NCBI RefSeq assembly: GCF_036321535.1
Contig: NC_087436.1
Location: 14,446,001-14,510,000 of the forward strand
DNA length: 64,000 nucleotides
Source of the DNA: Camelus dromedarius
Lineage: Eukaryota
Reading direction: 5' to 3'
The notes beneath the pieces were generated by a model. The model did no database searches. It saw only the letters and a program-made list of their open reading frames with translations, and was not told the DNA's origin. Of the stretch, positions 11,027 to 24,355 are shown in pieces; within the stretch, counting starts at the first letter, position 1; the number at the start of each line of letters is the position of its first letter. Made by a program: the position numbers and the translations under genes.

Positions 11027-11815
11027 ATAGAGATAGTGATATAAATATCCAACTATTACTTACTTTCCAGCTGATACCTGGTAGTAATTATAGTATATAT
11101 TCCTTACTTTTCATTAAATCAATATTTGGACTTTAAAATGATGATAGCTGTTTTTTCTTTTTTTAATTCCTTTAAAAAATCAATAAATTATTTTAATGCT
11201 CATGTTAAATTAATACAATCCACTATTTATATTATTACATCACATGTATTTTTAATATTTATCTTAAAAAATACCCCAGGGTCTGTCAGATTCAACAATC
11301 TACAATGGAATTCTCAAATCTAGATACTTGTTATTAGAAATTATTGTATTATTCCAATATATACAATTGTGTATTAGTAATATTAGAACCACTTAACTAA
11401 CTTGTACAATTTTGAACAGTTTTTCATAGTCCAATATTGATGGAAGAATGGCTCTGTAAAGCATTTGCAGATTGGGGTGGGTCATTGAGGTAATCCTTAA
11501 AGTAGTTTCATTTTGTTGTTTTTAGTTTATAAAAGTAATATACAAACACAGTAGAATTTGGAAACTGCAAAAAAAAAAAAAAAAGTGGAATGAGGAAAAA
11601 AAATCCATCACCCAGAAACAATCTCTCTTAATATTTTGGTATATTTCCTTTTGTGGCTGAGGTCATTGTAATACAAAATCGTGATCCTGTTACACTCACT
11701 AAAATCAGAAATCTGGAAAAAGCCATTTCTATTTGACAACTAAAGCAGAGAGTTGTTTTGATGCATAGGTGATTGATCCAATGGATTTTTTTCCCCTTTA
11801 AAAACAGCAGTAGTT

Positions 11816-11990
11816 GGGGGGAGAGTACAGCTCAAGTGGTAGAGCACATGCTTAGCATGCACGAGGTCCTGGGTTCAATCCCCAGTACCTCCCTCAAAAA
11901 TAAATAAACCTAATTACCTTCCCTCCTCACCCAAATAAAATATTTAAGCAATACAATAATAAATAAGTAAAATATTAAAAAAAAGAAGAA
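11816..11990 (+). mobile_element. Vic-1-like SINE
   Basis: tRNA-like head with A/B boxes and A-rich tail; degenerate TSD aaaacagcagtagt/aaaccagcagaagt. Confidence 0.92.
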
Positions 11991-12459
11991 AACCAGCAGA
12001 AGTGTCATAAGAGAGAATTCTGATGACCTTAAGAAGGTCAATTGTTCCCCAGTTTGCCTGCTCCTTTCCCATCGTGCCTCCTGACCGAAGTCATTCTGCA
12101 GGCACATCAGGACCGCAGGTGAGGCTGTTTTATTCCAGCATCCACCCTGAGCCATGCAGATTCCAGTCTTTGGAGCCACAGTGGGGTTCTTCAGGGACTG
12201 AATAACCAAGCAGTGATGAATTGTGCCCTTTCCAACGGAGCCAGAGACACGTTGAAGTCTTGTATCTGTGCTATTAGTACATTTTCCATTTCAAGAGCCT
12301 TGCCATCATTAATCTTTTAACCTCCGGAGCTCCCTGGTGAGGCCATTTCTGTCCAAGTAACCACACGATCAGAGAAATGTGATGCTCAACTGTGTGAGTT
12401 TTGTGGATAGAAAATAGAATTTCAGTAACTAACAGTAAGCTTGTTTTGTTCTGTCCTAG

Positions 12460-12520
12460 CCGACTATGAATGTTTACCTACCTTAGAGGAAGAAAAGGAA
12501 CCAAACCAAAACCACCCAAG
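12460..12520 (+). CDS. TMEM154: TMEM154 coding exon (exon 6, 61 nt)
   Basis: Acceptor ttgttctgtcctag|, donor AG|gtactt at 12521. Encodes (A)DYECLPTLEEEKEPNQNHP(S). Confidence 0.94.
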
Positions 12521-13017
12521 GTACTTCTAATTTCTACCACAGATTATATGTGTGTGTTGGGGGAGATCAGAGACCACAGTCAAGGACTTTTGCCCACCTT
12601 CTCTGTGCCTGTAAATTTTATGTGACAGTTTACATGGGAGTATATTGGTGTAGTGTGGAGGAAACAGTGTGAGTTATGGAAGATAGAAAAGTACAAAGTA
12701 AACATCCAAGTGGCCCTTTATCTTTAGAAATAAATTCGTACTGACATTTTCTTGCCCTTCTAAAGAGACACTGTTGAGTTGGCTTCTGTTTCAGTCCTAA
12801 TACTTTCTGATTATAACAAACTCTGGGTTTGTATACCTTGGATGAATAGATGTTTGGTAAGGAAAATAGAGGAAGGTGACAGTCTCAAAGGGGAAACTGT
12901 AAGTAAGAATGAGTACAATGAACATGTAAAAATCAAGACAAAAGGAAACCCCGCCTGGATTGGAGTGTTCTAGGAGAGAAGTTAAATGAGAATTTAAAAA
13001 ACCCATATTACATTCCA

Positions 13018-13031
13018 CCACTAGGTGGCTC
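13018..13031 (+). promoter_or_regulatory. CTCF-like motif
   Basis: CCACTAGGTGGCTC matches the core CCASYAGRKGGC. Motif match only. Confidence 0.4.
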
Positions 13032-14929
13032 TGCTTGATAGAAAATTTCAGTGCACCCGGGGTAGGCGTGTCTTTCAGCACTCCATAACCCAGTTTAAAT
13101 TCCAAAATCTTTTGTGAGGATAGAAATGACCCTGTTTGAGTGGTTTTGATCAGAGAATTCTTTGGTCAGGACGTGGGATGTGCTCGCAGGAAACAGGATA
13201 GATGATTCAGCAAGTCGGGGACTTGTTCCCCAGAGCGCCTCTGTGATTTGGCCGAGGGGTTGGGATGGGGGGTGAGCACTGGATTGTTGATGGAGTGACT
13301 CAGAGATGACCAGCCAGCAGGGAACTTGACTGAGCCCATGACTGAGATGTTACACTCCTATCAGGATAAACAGAATAAACTTTCAGAGCAGGATTGATAC
13401 CACTCACCGGCTCTCCCTCCAGGTTAACCAGAGGTCCTGTGCCAGTCACCTTAAATGCATCCAGAGGGCAGTCACTCGTCATAAACAGTTTCTGAAGCCA
13501 GAGCATTGCAGGGAAATACTGATTACTAGACGGTGACTGAGGCAGTCAGAGGTTTGTCTTCCGGACCCTCATTCTGCTTCTTTCCCTAAACCTCACCTAA
13601 GAAGTCATGCCACCGCAATCTTTCTGAGGCAAACCTCCTCTCTGCTGCAGAAATCTCCATCTTGTTGTCGATGTCAGTCATTGTCACCTCTGCAGGTGTT
13701 TGCATGTTAAAATTCATCACTGGTTCAGAGAAAAGTCTATGCTATTTAAATGAGATAGCGGATATTAACAAGCAGACGAAGGGAAAAGATGCTAGTGGCT
13801 GTATCACAAAGGACATTACAAAGGAATCTTTTCCTTTCATTTTTCACCTAAAAACGAACATTTATGTATGTCTAGAATAGGGCTAAGATCACCACCAAAA
13901 TCTTATAAATACCTTATTACTGTGTCTGTGATGGGCACCATCAAAAGATGTGTAATGTCAGTGGATTTTATATACCTGCCTCTTATTCTTTGAAATTGTT
14001 AGCAACATAGGAGAAGCTTAATGTTAGAGAATTGTATGGTGGTGAAAGCTTCTTAGAAATCGTATTTTTGAAATATTGAGAGGTTGGTCTTTGAAATAAG
14101 CTCAAGCACATTTCTGTGCATAAGGCAAAAAGCTTTAACCTATTTGGAAAGCTGCTTTATGCTAAATTATTATTTTTAAAGGGAATGCCTACATTCTTCT
14201 GTTGGTCCAGAACTATCTGGTTTTAACTCAAGGACAACTGTCAGGCCTTCCCCTCACTCCCTCTCGGTGAAGCCATGGTTCTAGAACCAAGAATGGCAAG
14301 TCCCTAGCCTTTGGTGCCAAACATACTGTCTGATTACTTCAAGGGGTATCACGATATTGCAAAACAAATTTAATTTTTATTCACCAAAAACTCAGAAAAG
14401 TACAAAGCACTTGGAACAAAGCCTGGTACAGAATTGACTCTCAATAAATATTGGTTACTATTTTTATTAAAAAGTTAGAATTGATGTACATAAACACATT
14501 GCCGTTTGGGCTCATGAACTTATGTCTTAAAGTCCAGGCACATCTGTTTCGGTAGGTGGGGCATTATTTTTGCCCCTGGTTTCCCTGGGAATTTCTTTCT
14601 GGAGCTCGCCTGTCCTGAGAAATCATGAATGTTTCATCTCCTAGGAATGATTGGAGACTTCCGGTTCCCCATCCATTATCAGCATAGACCCATTAATGTT
14701 GTTGATTTCAGAATAAGTCCTCTTAGCAGTTTGGAGTTTTTGAAAGAGTATATAGTTTAGATAATCTTTCTTTTCTGTCATGAATTTATTTATATTACTT
14801 CCTCCTATTGTGTTAATGACATTGATAGTTGATGAAACATTTACTTTGAATATCTAATCCAGGACAGAAAGAAGACATTTTTTTCTCTCGAAAAGCTTGT
14901 GAATCATTAGAGATACAGGTGGAGAGAGC

Positions 14930-15130
14930 ATTGGTGACTGGGCTTAGAATCAGACTAGTTTTAAGACCTGACTTGGACAGTCGTTTGTTCTTTATCCAAA
15001 GACAAGTCACTTTAACTCTATGAGCTCCAGTTTCCTGGTCTTGAAAAATGGAAATAATGCCACCTGCTCTGCTAGTTTCACTGGATAAGAGATAAGATAA
15101 GAGGAAAAAAACCACTTTGTAAGTTTTGAA
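14930..15130 (+). mobile_element. MIR SINE (degenerate)
   Basis: caagtcactttaactctatgagctccagtttcctggtcttgaaaaatggaaataatgccacct. Confidence 0.6.
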
Positions 15131-15204
15131 GCGCCACGCAATGAAACTGATTCTTTCATAGTTCTCCCCATCCTCTCCAATTGGCTTTAAAAGAAAAAAA
15201 AAAA

Positions 15205-15400
15205 GGTATCATATTTTAGAAAAGTTTTAGGTTCTCAGCAAAATTGAGCAGAAAGTACAGAGAAGTCCCATATACCCCTTGTCCTGGCATGCACCGCCTT
15301 CCCCACTGTTGACATCTCCAAACAGGAGATGGGGAATTTGTTTCAGTCAGTTAACCTATTTTGACACATCATTCTCCCCAAAGCTCCCAGTACACAGGTG
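15205..15400 (-). mobile_element. Old L1M 3' end fragment
   Basis: agttttaggttctcagcaaaattgagcagaaagtacagagaagtcccatatacccc is a typical L1MC-type 3'UTR, reversed. Confidence 0.7.
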
Positions 15401-17454
15401 ACTCTAATGCTTCCGAAAGTATATAGCCATCGCTGAAGATTGAACTTAGTGGAAAACACTTCCCCATTTTCCTGCTAATCTAAGCAAGAGGATGGGGAAC
15501 AAAGAATTCTGGAATCCGTTTACAGGGTTCAGCCCTTCTTGATGCTAGAAAGACACCCTGATGTGGAGCCTCTGTGATACATAAAGTCCACGGTGCTTCT
15601 GGGAAAAAAGGAGTTGATCTGGTCACCCTCCCACACTTAATGCATCATACTATGTGCCAAGGCTTCCACCCTTCAACCTTCTCTGGTTAGAGTCCATCAT
15701 CTCAGGTCTTCCAGAACTTTCCCCACAGATCCCATTCGCCAGTGGGTGCTCATTACCTTGCCCTGTCCTCACTGAGTGGACATTTCCCTTGAGCTGTGAA
15801 GTCTAAAACTTAACACAGGATTTGAATAAGGGCCAGAGATACACAAAGTACTATGGGAAGTTTAAACTATGGGTTTTCAAGAAATCAGTAAGAAAAGGCA
15901 GCAAAGGAACTGCAGGGGAGGGGGAGTTCTATATTCTTATTTGCCACCTTAGCATTTCCCCCTATAATCCATACCTGTCATGTGCCAGGCAATGTGCAGG
16001 TGCTGGGAATAGTGTCCGTGGGGCAGCGTCCAAGGGGTGCGGCAGTGTGGAGGCAGAGCCGCTCTGGCATCGAACAGAATTCCATCACTGACATTGTTCA
16101 GCACGGCCACGGCACAGTGATAACAGAAACCAGATCCACTGAGTTGGTTTTATTATTGTTTAAATTCTCTGTGAAGAATTCACTCCCTTCTGGTCTGCCC
16201 CCACCCTTATAATACCTTCTCAAATGCCGGTTGATAGTGGCAAAAACAAGATGGAATTGCTTTCATCAGGGTGCTCACAGTCTAGGCAGCCTCTTCCTTC
16301 TTCCTGAGGCCTTTGGAACTAGATGATTTCCTGAAAGCTTGGTGTTCCTGCCTCTGCAAGCTTCAGTGAATAACCACAGACAAGGAACTGCAAATATTAG
16401 CCAAGCGTCTTTCCCTTTCTGCCTGTTGGCCACAGTGATGATTTTACGTTAAGTAACAGCATTGGGAAAGATTAGGGGAGAATTAGATTTGGTTTCATCC
16501 AAGTAGATTTATAATTTTGCAAGTACAGTGACGACAACAACAATAATAAAACATTTATTGTACATGCCAGAAGTCTAGGTACTGTTACCTAGGAATTAAC
16601 TAAGTCAGAGAGGGTAAGGAACCATAGATCTGTTCTGGTTTTGTAATAATTCTATTGTTCATTTTATGATTCACTTCTGAGCTCATGATATTCTAAAAAG
16701 GGATCACTTCAGTGTTTCTCAGGAAAATCCAGGTTAGTTTAATAAAGAATGTTGTGAATTTCTTCCTGTTTCTTCCTTTCTCTTTGTCTTTTTTGGGGGA
16801 AAGTGCAGTTTTAAAAAACTTATTTATTGAGCATTTAATGTGTGCTTGGCATTGTCTACATCGTGCCAGGACAACCAGCTAAAAATGAAATAATCCATCT
16901 GTGTAAACCTAGAACTCAGAGAGGTTAAGTGATTTGTCCAGGTTCACACAGCAAGTTTATGATGAGTTGTGATGAAACTCAATCTAGAGGAGAGTTTGTT
17001 TAAAAATTGCATTTCATTTTCTTTTATTGATTAGTTAAAAAAAGAGATAGTCCATAAATTAAAAGACACCTTAGAAATCTCAAAAAAGAACACTTAGCAG
17101 CAAGACAGCTGGCTACCATGAGGCTAAGCTATTTGGTGGCTGGTGTGTCCACCACCTGTGCAGTCATTGACAAGACGGAACCATTAATTGCAAGAAAACA
17201 GCGGTTTTGTGGGAACTATTTTGGCCTCTCCGAGCACGTAAATCTCTGTGGCCACTTCCAATTACTTCATGAGTTTCTCTCCTCTTTTTCTTTCTAGTCC
17301 CTCAAGTCATTTAAAAGTCAACAAGTATTAAATATTGAGTATGTTCAGTGCCAACTGATTTCCCTCAAATCTGAGCTAAGTATTATGAGGATGATAAAGT
17401 AACAGTTTCTAATCCTGCAGGATGGTAACCTCAAATGAGATTGTTAATAGGCAG

Positions 17455-17457
<3 letters not shown>

Positions 17458-17486
<29 letters not shown>
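17458..17486. repeat. (GT)n microsatellite
   Basis: Uninterrupted GT dinucleotide run. Confidence 0.95.
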
Positions 17487-17488
<2 letters not shown>

Positions 17489-18889
17489 AGTGGGTGAAAG
17501 AAGAAGTACTCAGTTTAATAAACCACAGCATTGCTTGAATAGTGGCCCAGATTATGTCTACACTGTGGGCATGATCTATGTGTCTTGGACCAATTCTAGG
17601 CCTGGCTCTCATGTTAGCCAGATGCACGTCTCTTTAATTCCACTCGGGCCAGGCCTCTTACGGGAAGAAGGGACATTATATTGATGAAGAGGAAAGGAGC
17701 ATGATCTAGCTGTTACTTGACTTTGTGCTACATTGAACGCTGCCCTCCCCTGAAGCCAAGTGAGAGAGCCTCATAGCGCAAGCCAGGTTTAGCATAGGTT
17801 TATTGCATTTTCAGGGACCGGCAACACTCGCTGCGGTCATAACGGGGGATTGTTACAAGATAAACTAGTCAGAAGAACAAAAGTGGCTTCTCTGATCCTG
17901 ACCGCAACAAGGGGCAGGTATGAAACCAGGCGTTAGAATTACACCTCCTTATTTAACTGGTAGCATTGCAATTAATTGCTTTCGTAAAAATAATCAGATG
18001 ATACTTTTTCATCAGTTCAATTTGTTTTTACAGTTTGTAGCCCCTGGGACTATACAGCTTAAAGCTGTCCCACATTCTTAAAATACCTATATAACACTCC
18101 GAGAAGTACTCTCGAATGCCGCTGTCACAGAGAAGTTACTAAAACCGTCCGAATTAACATCAAGGCAAGCCACAGGGGTTTGAGGTTTGAAGCGGGATCA
18201 CTTGTTTTATTTGTTGCAAGTCTGTGGCAGTTTGCCAAGATGTTTTTCACGGAGAACTCAAGGATTTGCAAGAGCTGAAGTTGTCTGGGCTGATTTGATC
18301 ATTTCACAGAGATGATAAATAGCCATGAAGACAGCAGGGAACACATCTAACTAAATAAAGGAACGTGCGTGGGAGAGACTTATGCCTCGGGGCTCGGGGG
18401 TGGGTGGTGGGACGGATCCCAGGTTGCTGACTTGCTGACAGGCCTGATGGTCACCACACCACTGGTGGAAATTGCCTGTGAGAGTTGCAACACTAGAGAT
18501 GACCTGATGTCCCACAGCTGAAGCCACTGTACCCACGTTAGGAACATTTCTAATGTGGCGAGGGGCCTGGCACGTCCTCACGGTGCACAGACTTAGAAGC
18601 ACGTAAGCTACACGGGTGAGCGCCATGTGTGAGGTCCTGGGCTCTTTGATGTTCTCAGCGAACGGGTTCCCTGGACAGGGTGGACAGGGTCACAGGCTGA
18701 GCCTTCAAAATGCTTGCAGAGTTCTAAACAAAGCACATTGAAGTACATTGGCCTCAGAAACTGAAGGTTTGTTTTGGAAGATGGTTTCTTAAAGCTTTTG
18801 GATGTTTGAAGCAATGTATATGCTTGTGTTTAACCGACAAACATTTGCTAGTGTAGAAACTGCATGATCACAACGCACATTCGTGTTCT

Positions 18890-19090
18890 GTAGCGCAGTG
18901 CTTTCCCTCTGTTTTCTCATTTATTCTGTCCGACAGCCTGCTAAGGTACATGGTAGTATTATGTATGTTTTGCAGATGAGACGAGAGCAGAAAATTTGGG
19001 GTCAGAAAGGTTAACTTGCTCAAGGGCACACAGCCAGGAAGTGGCTGAGCCCTGATTCAAGCCCCTGCCACCTGATCCTGGGCTAGAAAA
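18890..19090 (-). mobile_element. MIR SINE
   Basis: ttttgcagatgag...aggttaacttgctcaagggcacacagccaggaagtggctgagcc. Confidence 0.7.
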
Positions 19091-19189
19091 GCCACTGTTG
19101 GCACAAACCATCATCAGCACGACCATAAAAACAGCCCGAGAAATGATGAAATACCCAGGCCTAAACTTCATCAAAAATGTTCGGGGTAA

Positions 19190-20670
19190 CAGAAAAAGAA
19201 GTTGTTCAAGTTTTTATTGAGGGACCTAACAGATTTAACAAATGGGGAGGGACATACTGCATTCCTGGATGAAAGACTCAATCGTGTAAAAAATGATCAT
19301 TTTAAATTCAACTCAGTCTCTTAAAGATCCCAATGAACATTTCATCTAGAAGAAGAACTGCACAAATAGGGTATTTCTAAAAGAAGGGAAAAGAACAGTT
19401 GTGGGGGGGCAGGGGAGAGGGAGTTAGCAGGAAACATGCTCCAATAATTAAAACTGGGTACATCTAGAACCAAATAAGAAATATTAGTGAAACAGAATAG
19501 AATATTCAAAACAGACTCAAGTATATTAAACATTTAATATATTATAAAAGTAGCAATTCATAGCAAGTAGATTATTCAATAGTCTTACCAACTAACATTT
19601 GGAGGGAAAATTTAAAACTCTACCCAACACTTTAGATTAAAATAGACTCCAGATAAGTTTAAACGTGAAAAAGAAAGGAAAAATATAGATCAATATTATA
19701 AATTTAAGGTGAGGACTGGTTTAAAAGCATGACACACAGTCAAAAACCACGTCAGAAAAGGGTAGACAACATTAAAAACTCAAGTTTTCTGTACTTCAAA
19801 AAATACAGTAAATAAAATGAGGAGGAAAATGACAAACTGGGAGAAAGTATGTACAATATGAACGATGAACAAAAAAATTATTCTTAATACACAAATCAAT
19901 AAACAAGATAATTTTCCCCTTTTAAATATGAACAAAGAATATTAATAAGCAAATCAGCAAAAGAAGAAATTTTAATTACCGATAGAGCTTGGAAAAAAAC
20001 TTCAGTCTTCCTGGTAACAACAGTAAAAAATAACCAAAGAAAAAGTTAAGGTAAATATTATTTTCACCTATTGAATTTACAAAAACTGAAAATAGTAATA
20101 TCCAGTATTAGACAGGATGTGGGGGAAAGGATATTTCCCTGAAGGAAAGTGTCTGGAGAAGTAAATTTCAGAAAATTTCTAGGGAAGGGGGGTAATTTGA
20201 CATTTGACTGGCCCAGCTTTAAAACTACATGTATTTTAACCCAGCAATTCCTTTTCTAGATACTTATGTAAAGGTAAGACCTGGAAGCATGCAAAGATGT
20301 AGCAATTTTTATAATAAATAGAAATTTTAAATTGGAAATAGCCTAAATGTTTAACAAGGATGTGGCTAAAAAAGAAATTTTTTTTGGTCTAGTGAGACAA
20401 TGGAATGCTATACTAGAAAGATACGGTATATTTATTAACAAGAAAAGATGTCTCTATATGAATGAGAATAAGAAAAACAGGTTATAGCACTATACACATA
20501 AGATGATTCCATCTTTATACAGAAAGAATACGTATCATTATTGCAGGAAAAAAAGTTTGGGGGAATAAATACCAAAATATTAACTTGTAGTGAGACTGTT
20601 AATAGTTTTGTTTTGCTTGTTTGTATTTTCTATTTTTTCAACAACGAATATGGATTGGCTTTTATCATAA
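19190..20670 (+). mobile_element. Ancient L1M (L1ME-like) ORF2 3' remnant and 3'UTR
   Basis: A-rich decayed L1 motifs: aaatggggagggacatac, gaaagactcaat, gacaaactgggagaaagtat, ttaacccagcaattccttttctag, ttggaaatagcctaaatgt. Confidence 0.7.
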
Positions 20671-21954
20671 TTAATTTTAAAACTCACTTCTGTTACAACT
20701 GCTAGACACAGATCAGGGTTGTGGACAAAAGTCCACTTGCCACTCTGCCTTGTATTTTAGTCGGCTTGGAGTAGCGGAAATGTCAAGATAAGGCCACAAA
20801 AGGAAAACATGCAATTCAGAGACTTATGCTCTGTAGAGATGAACTCCTGGATTGTGGAAATATTATTTTGCTACCACCCAATTTCCAAGAGATGAAGCCT
20901 CCTAGCCCAGTTTAAGAGTTGAACTGAAGTGAATTGGGTTGTTACGTCTACTTTTTAGATAAAGGATGTCTTAATTTTCAAACAGGTTTCCACTGAGTAA
21001 GTGTTGCTGCAGAAGTTGTCCTTTGTCCACATTTGCCTTCTTCCTTCTTCCCCGTTGACTGGCCCTCTGTGTCACAGCTTCCTCCCCATCTTTACAACAC
21101 AGACACATAAACACACAATGTCTAGCTAACTAGCTAGTAAGTTGCTTCCGAGTCCTTCTGGAAACACCTAGTGTTTCACTGAGCGGGCGAGCACTTACTC
21201 AGAGACAGAGATCACTTGAAGGAGAGACATCCTAGAACTTGGGTGAAGGGACATAAAACTAAAAACAGAAGCCCCCGTGGGGTGGCGGGCGGTGGGGGGT
21301 GTCGAGTGGTCAGCTTTCCTGGAGACTTAAGAGGAGGCATGGTCTCACTGGGGAAGAAACCGCAGAGCCAGATATGCGGCCCTGATAGCCAAGTTAGAAA
21401 CGAAAGCAGAAATTAGCCAGCCAGCATGGTTCTGTCCAAATACCATGTCCATAATTTCTGTCTGCTCACACCCCGAGATGCCTGGGGACCGAATTCTAAA
21501 TGACACTGAGTAGGCACCTCTGATCCTTTTGTGGATATGAACAAAATGTGCTTTTGACAACATGCCAGGACCACAAACTCCTGAGAGAAAATAATCCATG
21601 GAAATTTTTTAAAAAGGGGAAAAAAAGGCAGCCTGGCATCTATTTCACAGAGAATGGGATTAGATTTAATGAAAGGAGGAATCTCAGCTCCATCTGGTTC
21701 TCTCCATGTCAGCCCTGGGGAGGGAGCTGAGAACAAGAGTGAAGGATTATTTCTTGGCTTTCCTGGATTTCCTCCTCAGGGATCAAATATAAAATCCAAG
21801 CCGACCTTTGTTTTGGAAATTGTAACCTGGGCGCTGTTGGCTTCCTGATCGTTCATGCTCTCTTGAGTCACCCCCACAGCGGAGTGACCAGCTCTCAGTT
21901 GCTTCTGGAAATATATACTATTGTTCTGTTTTGGTTTTTTTTTTTTTTTTACAG

Positions 21955-21970
21955 TGATGCTGAATCCTAA
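21955..21970 (+). CDS. TMEM154: TMEM154 last coding exon (exon 7), coding part to TAA
   Basis: Long poly-T tract then acag|. T GAT GCT GAA TCC TAA completes SDAES*, matching the SDxES C-terminus. Confidence 0.92.
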
Positions 21971-24355
21971 AACTGAATGGTACTAACGTTTTCCAAGAGA
22001 AGCAGCCCCGGAGGAAGCCTGGAAGCCTGCTGGGCTTGTCAACAGAGGATGAAGAGGATACAAATTTAATTAATTTCCAATCAACGTAAACAGAAGAACT
22101 TTCTGCTGTTTCTTCCAATGCCCAGTGCATCACCTGTACTTGGAAGCAGGCATGGTTCGGAAATCCTAGGCCAAGGCCAGATGCCATCCATCACTGAGGG
22201 CGGAAGAGTCGTAAGATGCAGGCACCTTCCCTCAGGGGCTGTTCCCTCTGCTCAGCCAACCTCAGCTAACTGTCCCTTCATCCTGGCCACGCTAAGTCCT
22301 GGTTACCTTTCTGCTTCATTCCTTAGGGTGTGAATCAGGCAGCTGTCTTATCTCTGGTTTCCTTCTGGGTCACCTGATGACCTAAACTAGCTTTGGATTA
22401 TTTCTTCTGATTAGTCAAGTCCTCGGATGGGTCATTGACGTTCACAGGAACTTTTCTCAAGGGGAGTTATGCCTTGGAAAAGGCAGCCAGCAAAGCAAGT
22501 CTTTCAATGTATCCCCCAGCCCAGGGGGTTGGTGAGCTCAGGTCTGCCTGCCAAGGAGACACAGGGAAAGAGCCCACCGTCCTGAGGGGATGTCGTCTGG
22601 TGACTTGTGGACCCCTAGAGGCCGGGTGATGGAGGAACAGGAATGTTCAATGAAAGAGCAACTGTCTTCCTTCTCAGCTAAAATCAGCTCCCTGTTCCCA
22701 ATTCCCCACAGCTGTCGTCGCCACACCTCCCTCACATGTGATGCGTTGGTGTGGGGTGTGTGCACGTGGGCCTCCTCAGGTATCTTCTGTGTCTCTGAGG
22801 TTTTTAGGGTCATGGGGAACAAATAAAACAGGTACGGGATCTCTCTGTGCCAGTGGCAGTTACCCCTCCTCGGGCCCACGGTCTTTCCCACCGGCTGGGA
22901 CAGGCCCCCCTTCCCCGTGTTCTCAACACAGCTCCCCAGGGGGCCACCAACGGCCCCGCAGAGATGACATTCTCTGTGATTTTTGTTGACATCCTTGTGC
23001 TAAAAGCAATGGAGCAAAATGCAGAAGGGCCCTGTTTATCACTCCAACACACGCAAAATCAATCTCCATTTAATCCTTAATTTTCCAGTTCTGACCTTTA
23101 AAGCAATCTTGCAAATTGGGAGTCCTCAGCTCTTCCACGGCACCTGGTATTTTATTCCAGAAAAGAAACCGAGAATGGAAACTTTATTTTATGTCTCACA
23201 TATGAACTGAAGGTGGGGGGGAGGGGAGGGGTTGAGGTTCACCAAACATTTGCTGCTGGATTCGGGGTCTTGTGTTTGAGAGGCTGCCTTAATGCATAAT
23301 GAAAACCGTCCTCCGGCTTTTCAGAATTCCTTCACCAGCACTGGCCTTCTGAACGATGCCCGTAATTTTAAAGGCAGAGTTCCAAGCCAGGGAGGTCTTT
23401 CCACCCCAATGAGAGAACCATCGGATTGTGTTTAACCATTGCTATTGTGTCATCCTGGGACTGCGCAGAGCTTTGGCAAAAGACAGGCTTCTTGGTATAT
23501 AACCTCAACAGAGTTGTCTGCTGTATTCTCAGCAGCACATCCTAATATGGCATTTTTGCTTTCTTTGTTCTTTGGCATATTCACATTCAACTTGTGGTCC
23601 ACGGTGACTCTCAGCTGCCTATGCCAAAATGGCCATTTTCCACATCATCCTGTCTGCCTGTTTTGTTACTTTAAGTTTGCGTCTCATCAACATTTTGACT
23701 CTCAGAAGAGTCTCTTCCTTCTCTTGGTTTCTTAAGATTTTAATCCAGCACTTAGGTCTGTAGACATCACCCAACCCTGTTGAGTAATGGACTTCAGCAG
23801 TTCAGAGACGTATGTGTGTTCTTGGAATCTCACTTTGATCAAGTGATATTTCATGATATGATAAAAGCGGTCTCATTTAGTATTTAAGGTAACTTCAATT
23901 TCCACAAGAAGTAAGCTTCAGCAAACGTCACTGAGTTTATATCTGAAAAATGTACTAACCTTTATAATGGCACCCTGTGCAAGGCACTTTAAAAAAGGAT
24001 TTTATTCTGGCAAGATATATAACATTTGTGTGGGTCAGAACAGTCGAGGGGCAATACTAGCACTCTGTCCTTTTATTACTATCTGATCAAGAGGCATCAT
24101 AGATTTATGGTCATTCTGAGAATTGTTTTTAAACCCAAACTTAACTTTTATGTTTCAGACTATGGTTAGTAAAAATCTTAATCATTTGCCCTGATTGGGT
24201 AGCCAATCAGAGCAAAGTCTGACTGTAGAATATTTTAAAGATGTGTAAGGTTTTATTGCATTTTTGTACCTATTAAGCAAACTAGGTTACAACGTTGCCT
24301 AGTTGAACTCCTCAGGAAACTTGTTTTAATAAAGGTGTGAAAATATCCGTCTTAA
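21971..24355 (+). other. TMEM154: Probable TMEM154 3' UTR
   Basis: Repeat-poor sequence after the stop codon, ending at AATAAA 24328-24333. The end is inferred; other AATAAA motifs exist (e.g. 22822, ~25140, ~25422). Confidence 0.55.
24328..24333 (+). terminator. Candidate polyadenylation signal of TMEM154
   Basis: AATAAA preceded by U-rich sequence and TGTA motifs (ttttgtacc, ttgtttt). Confidence 0.5.
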
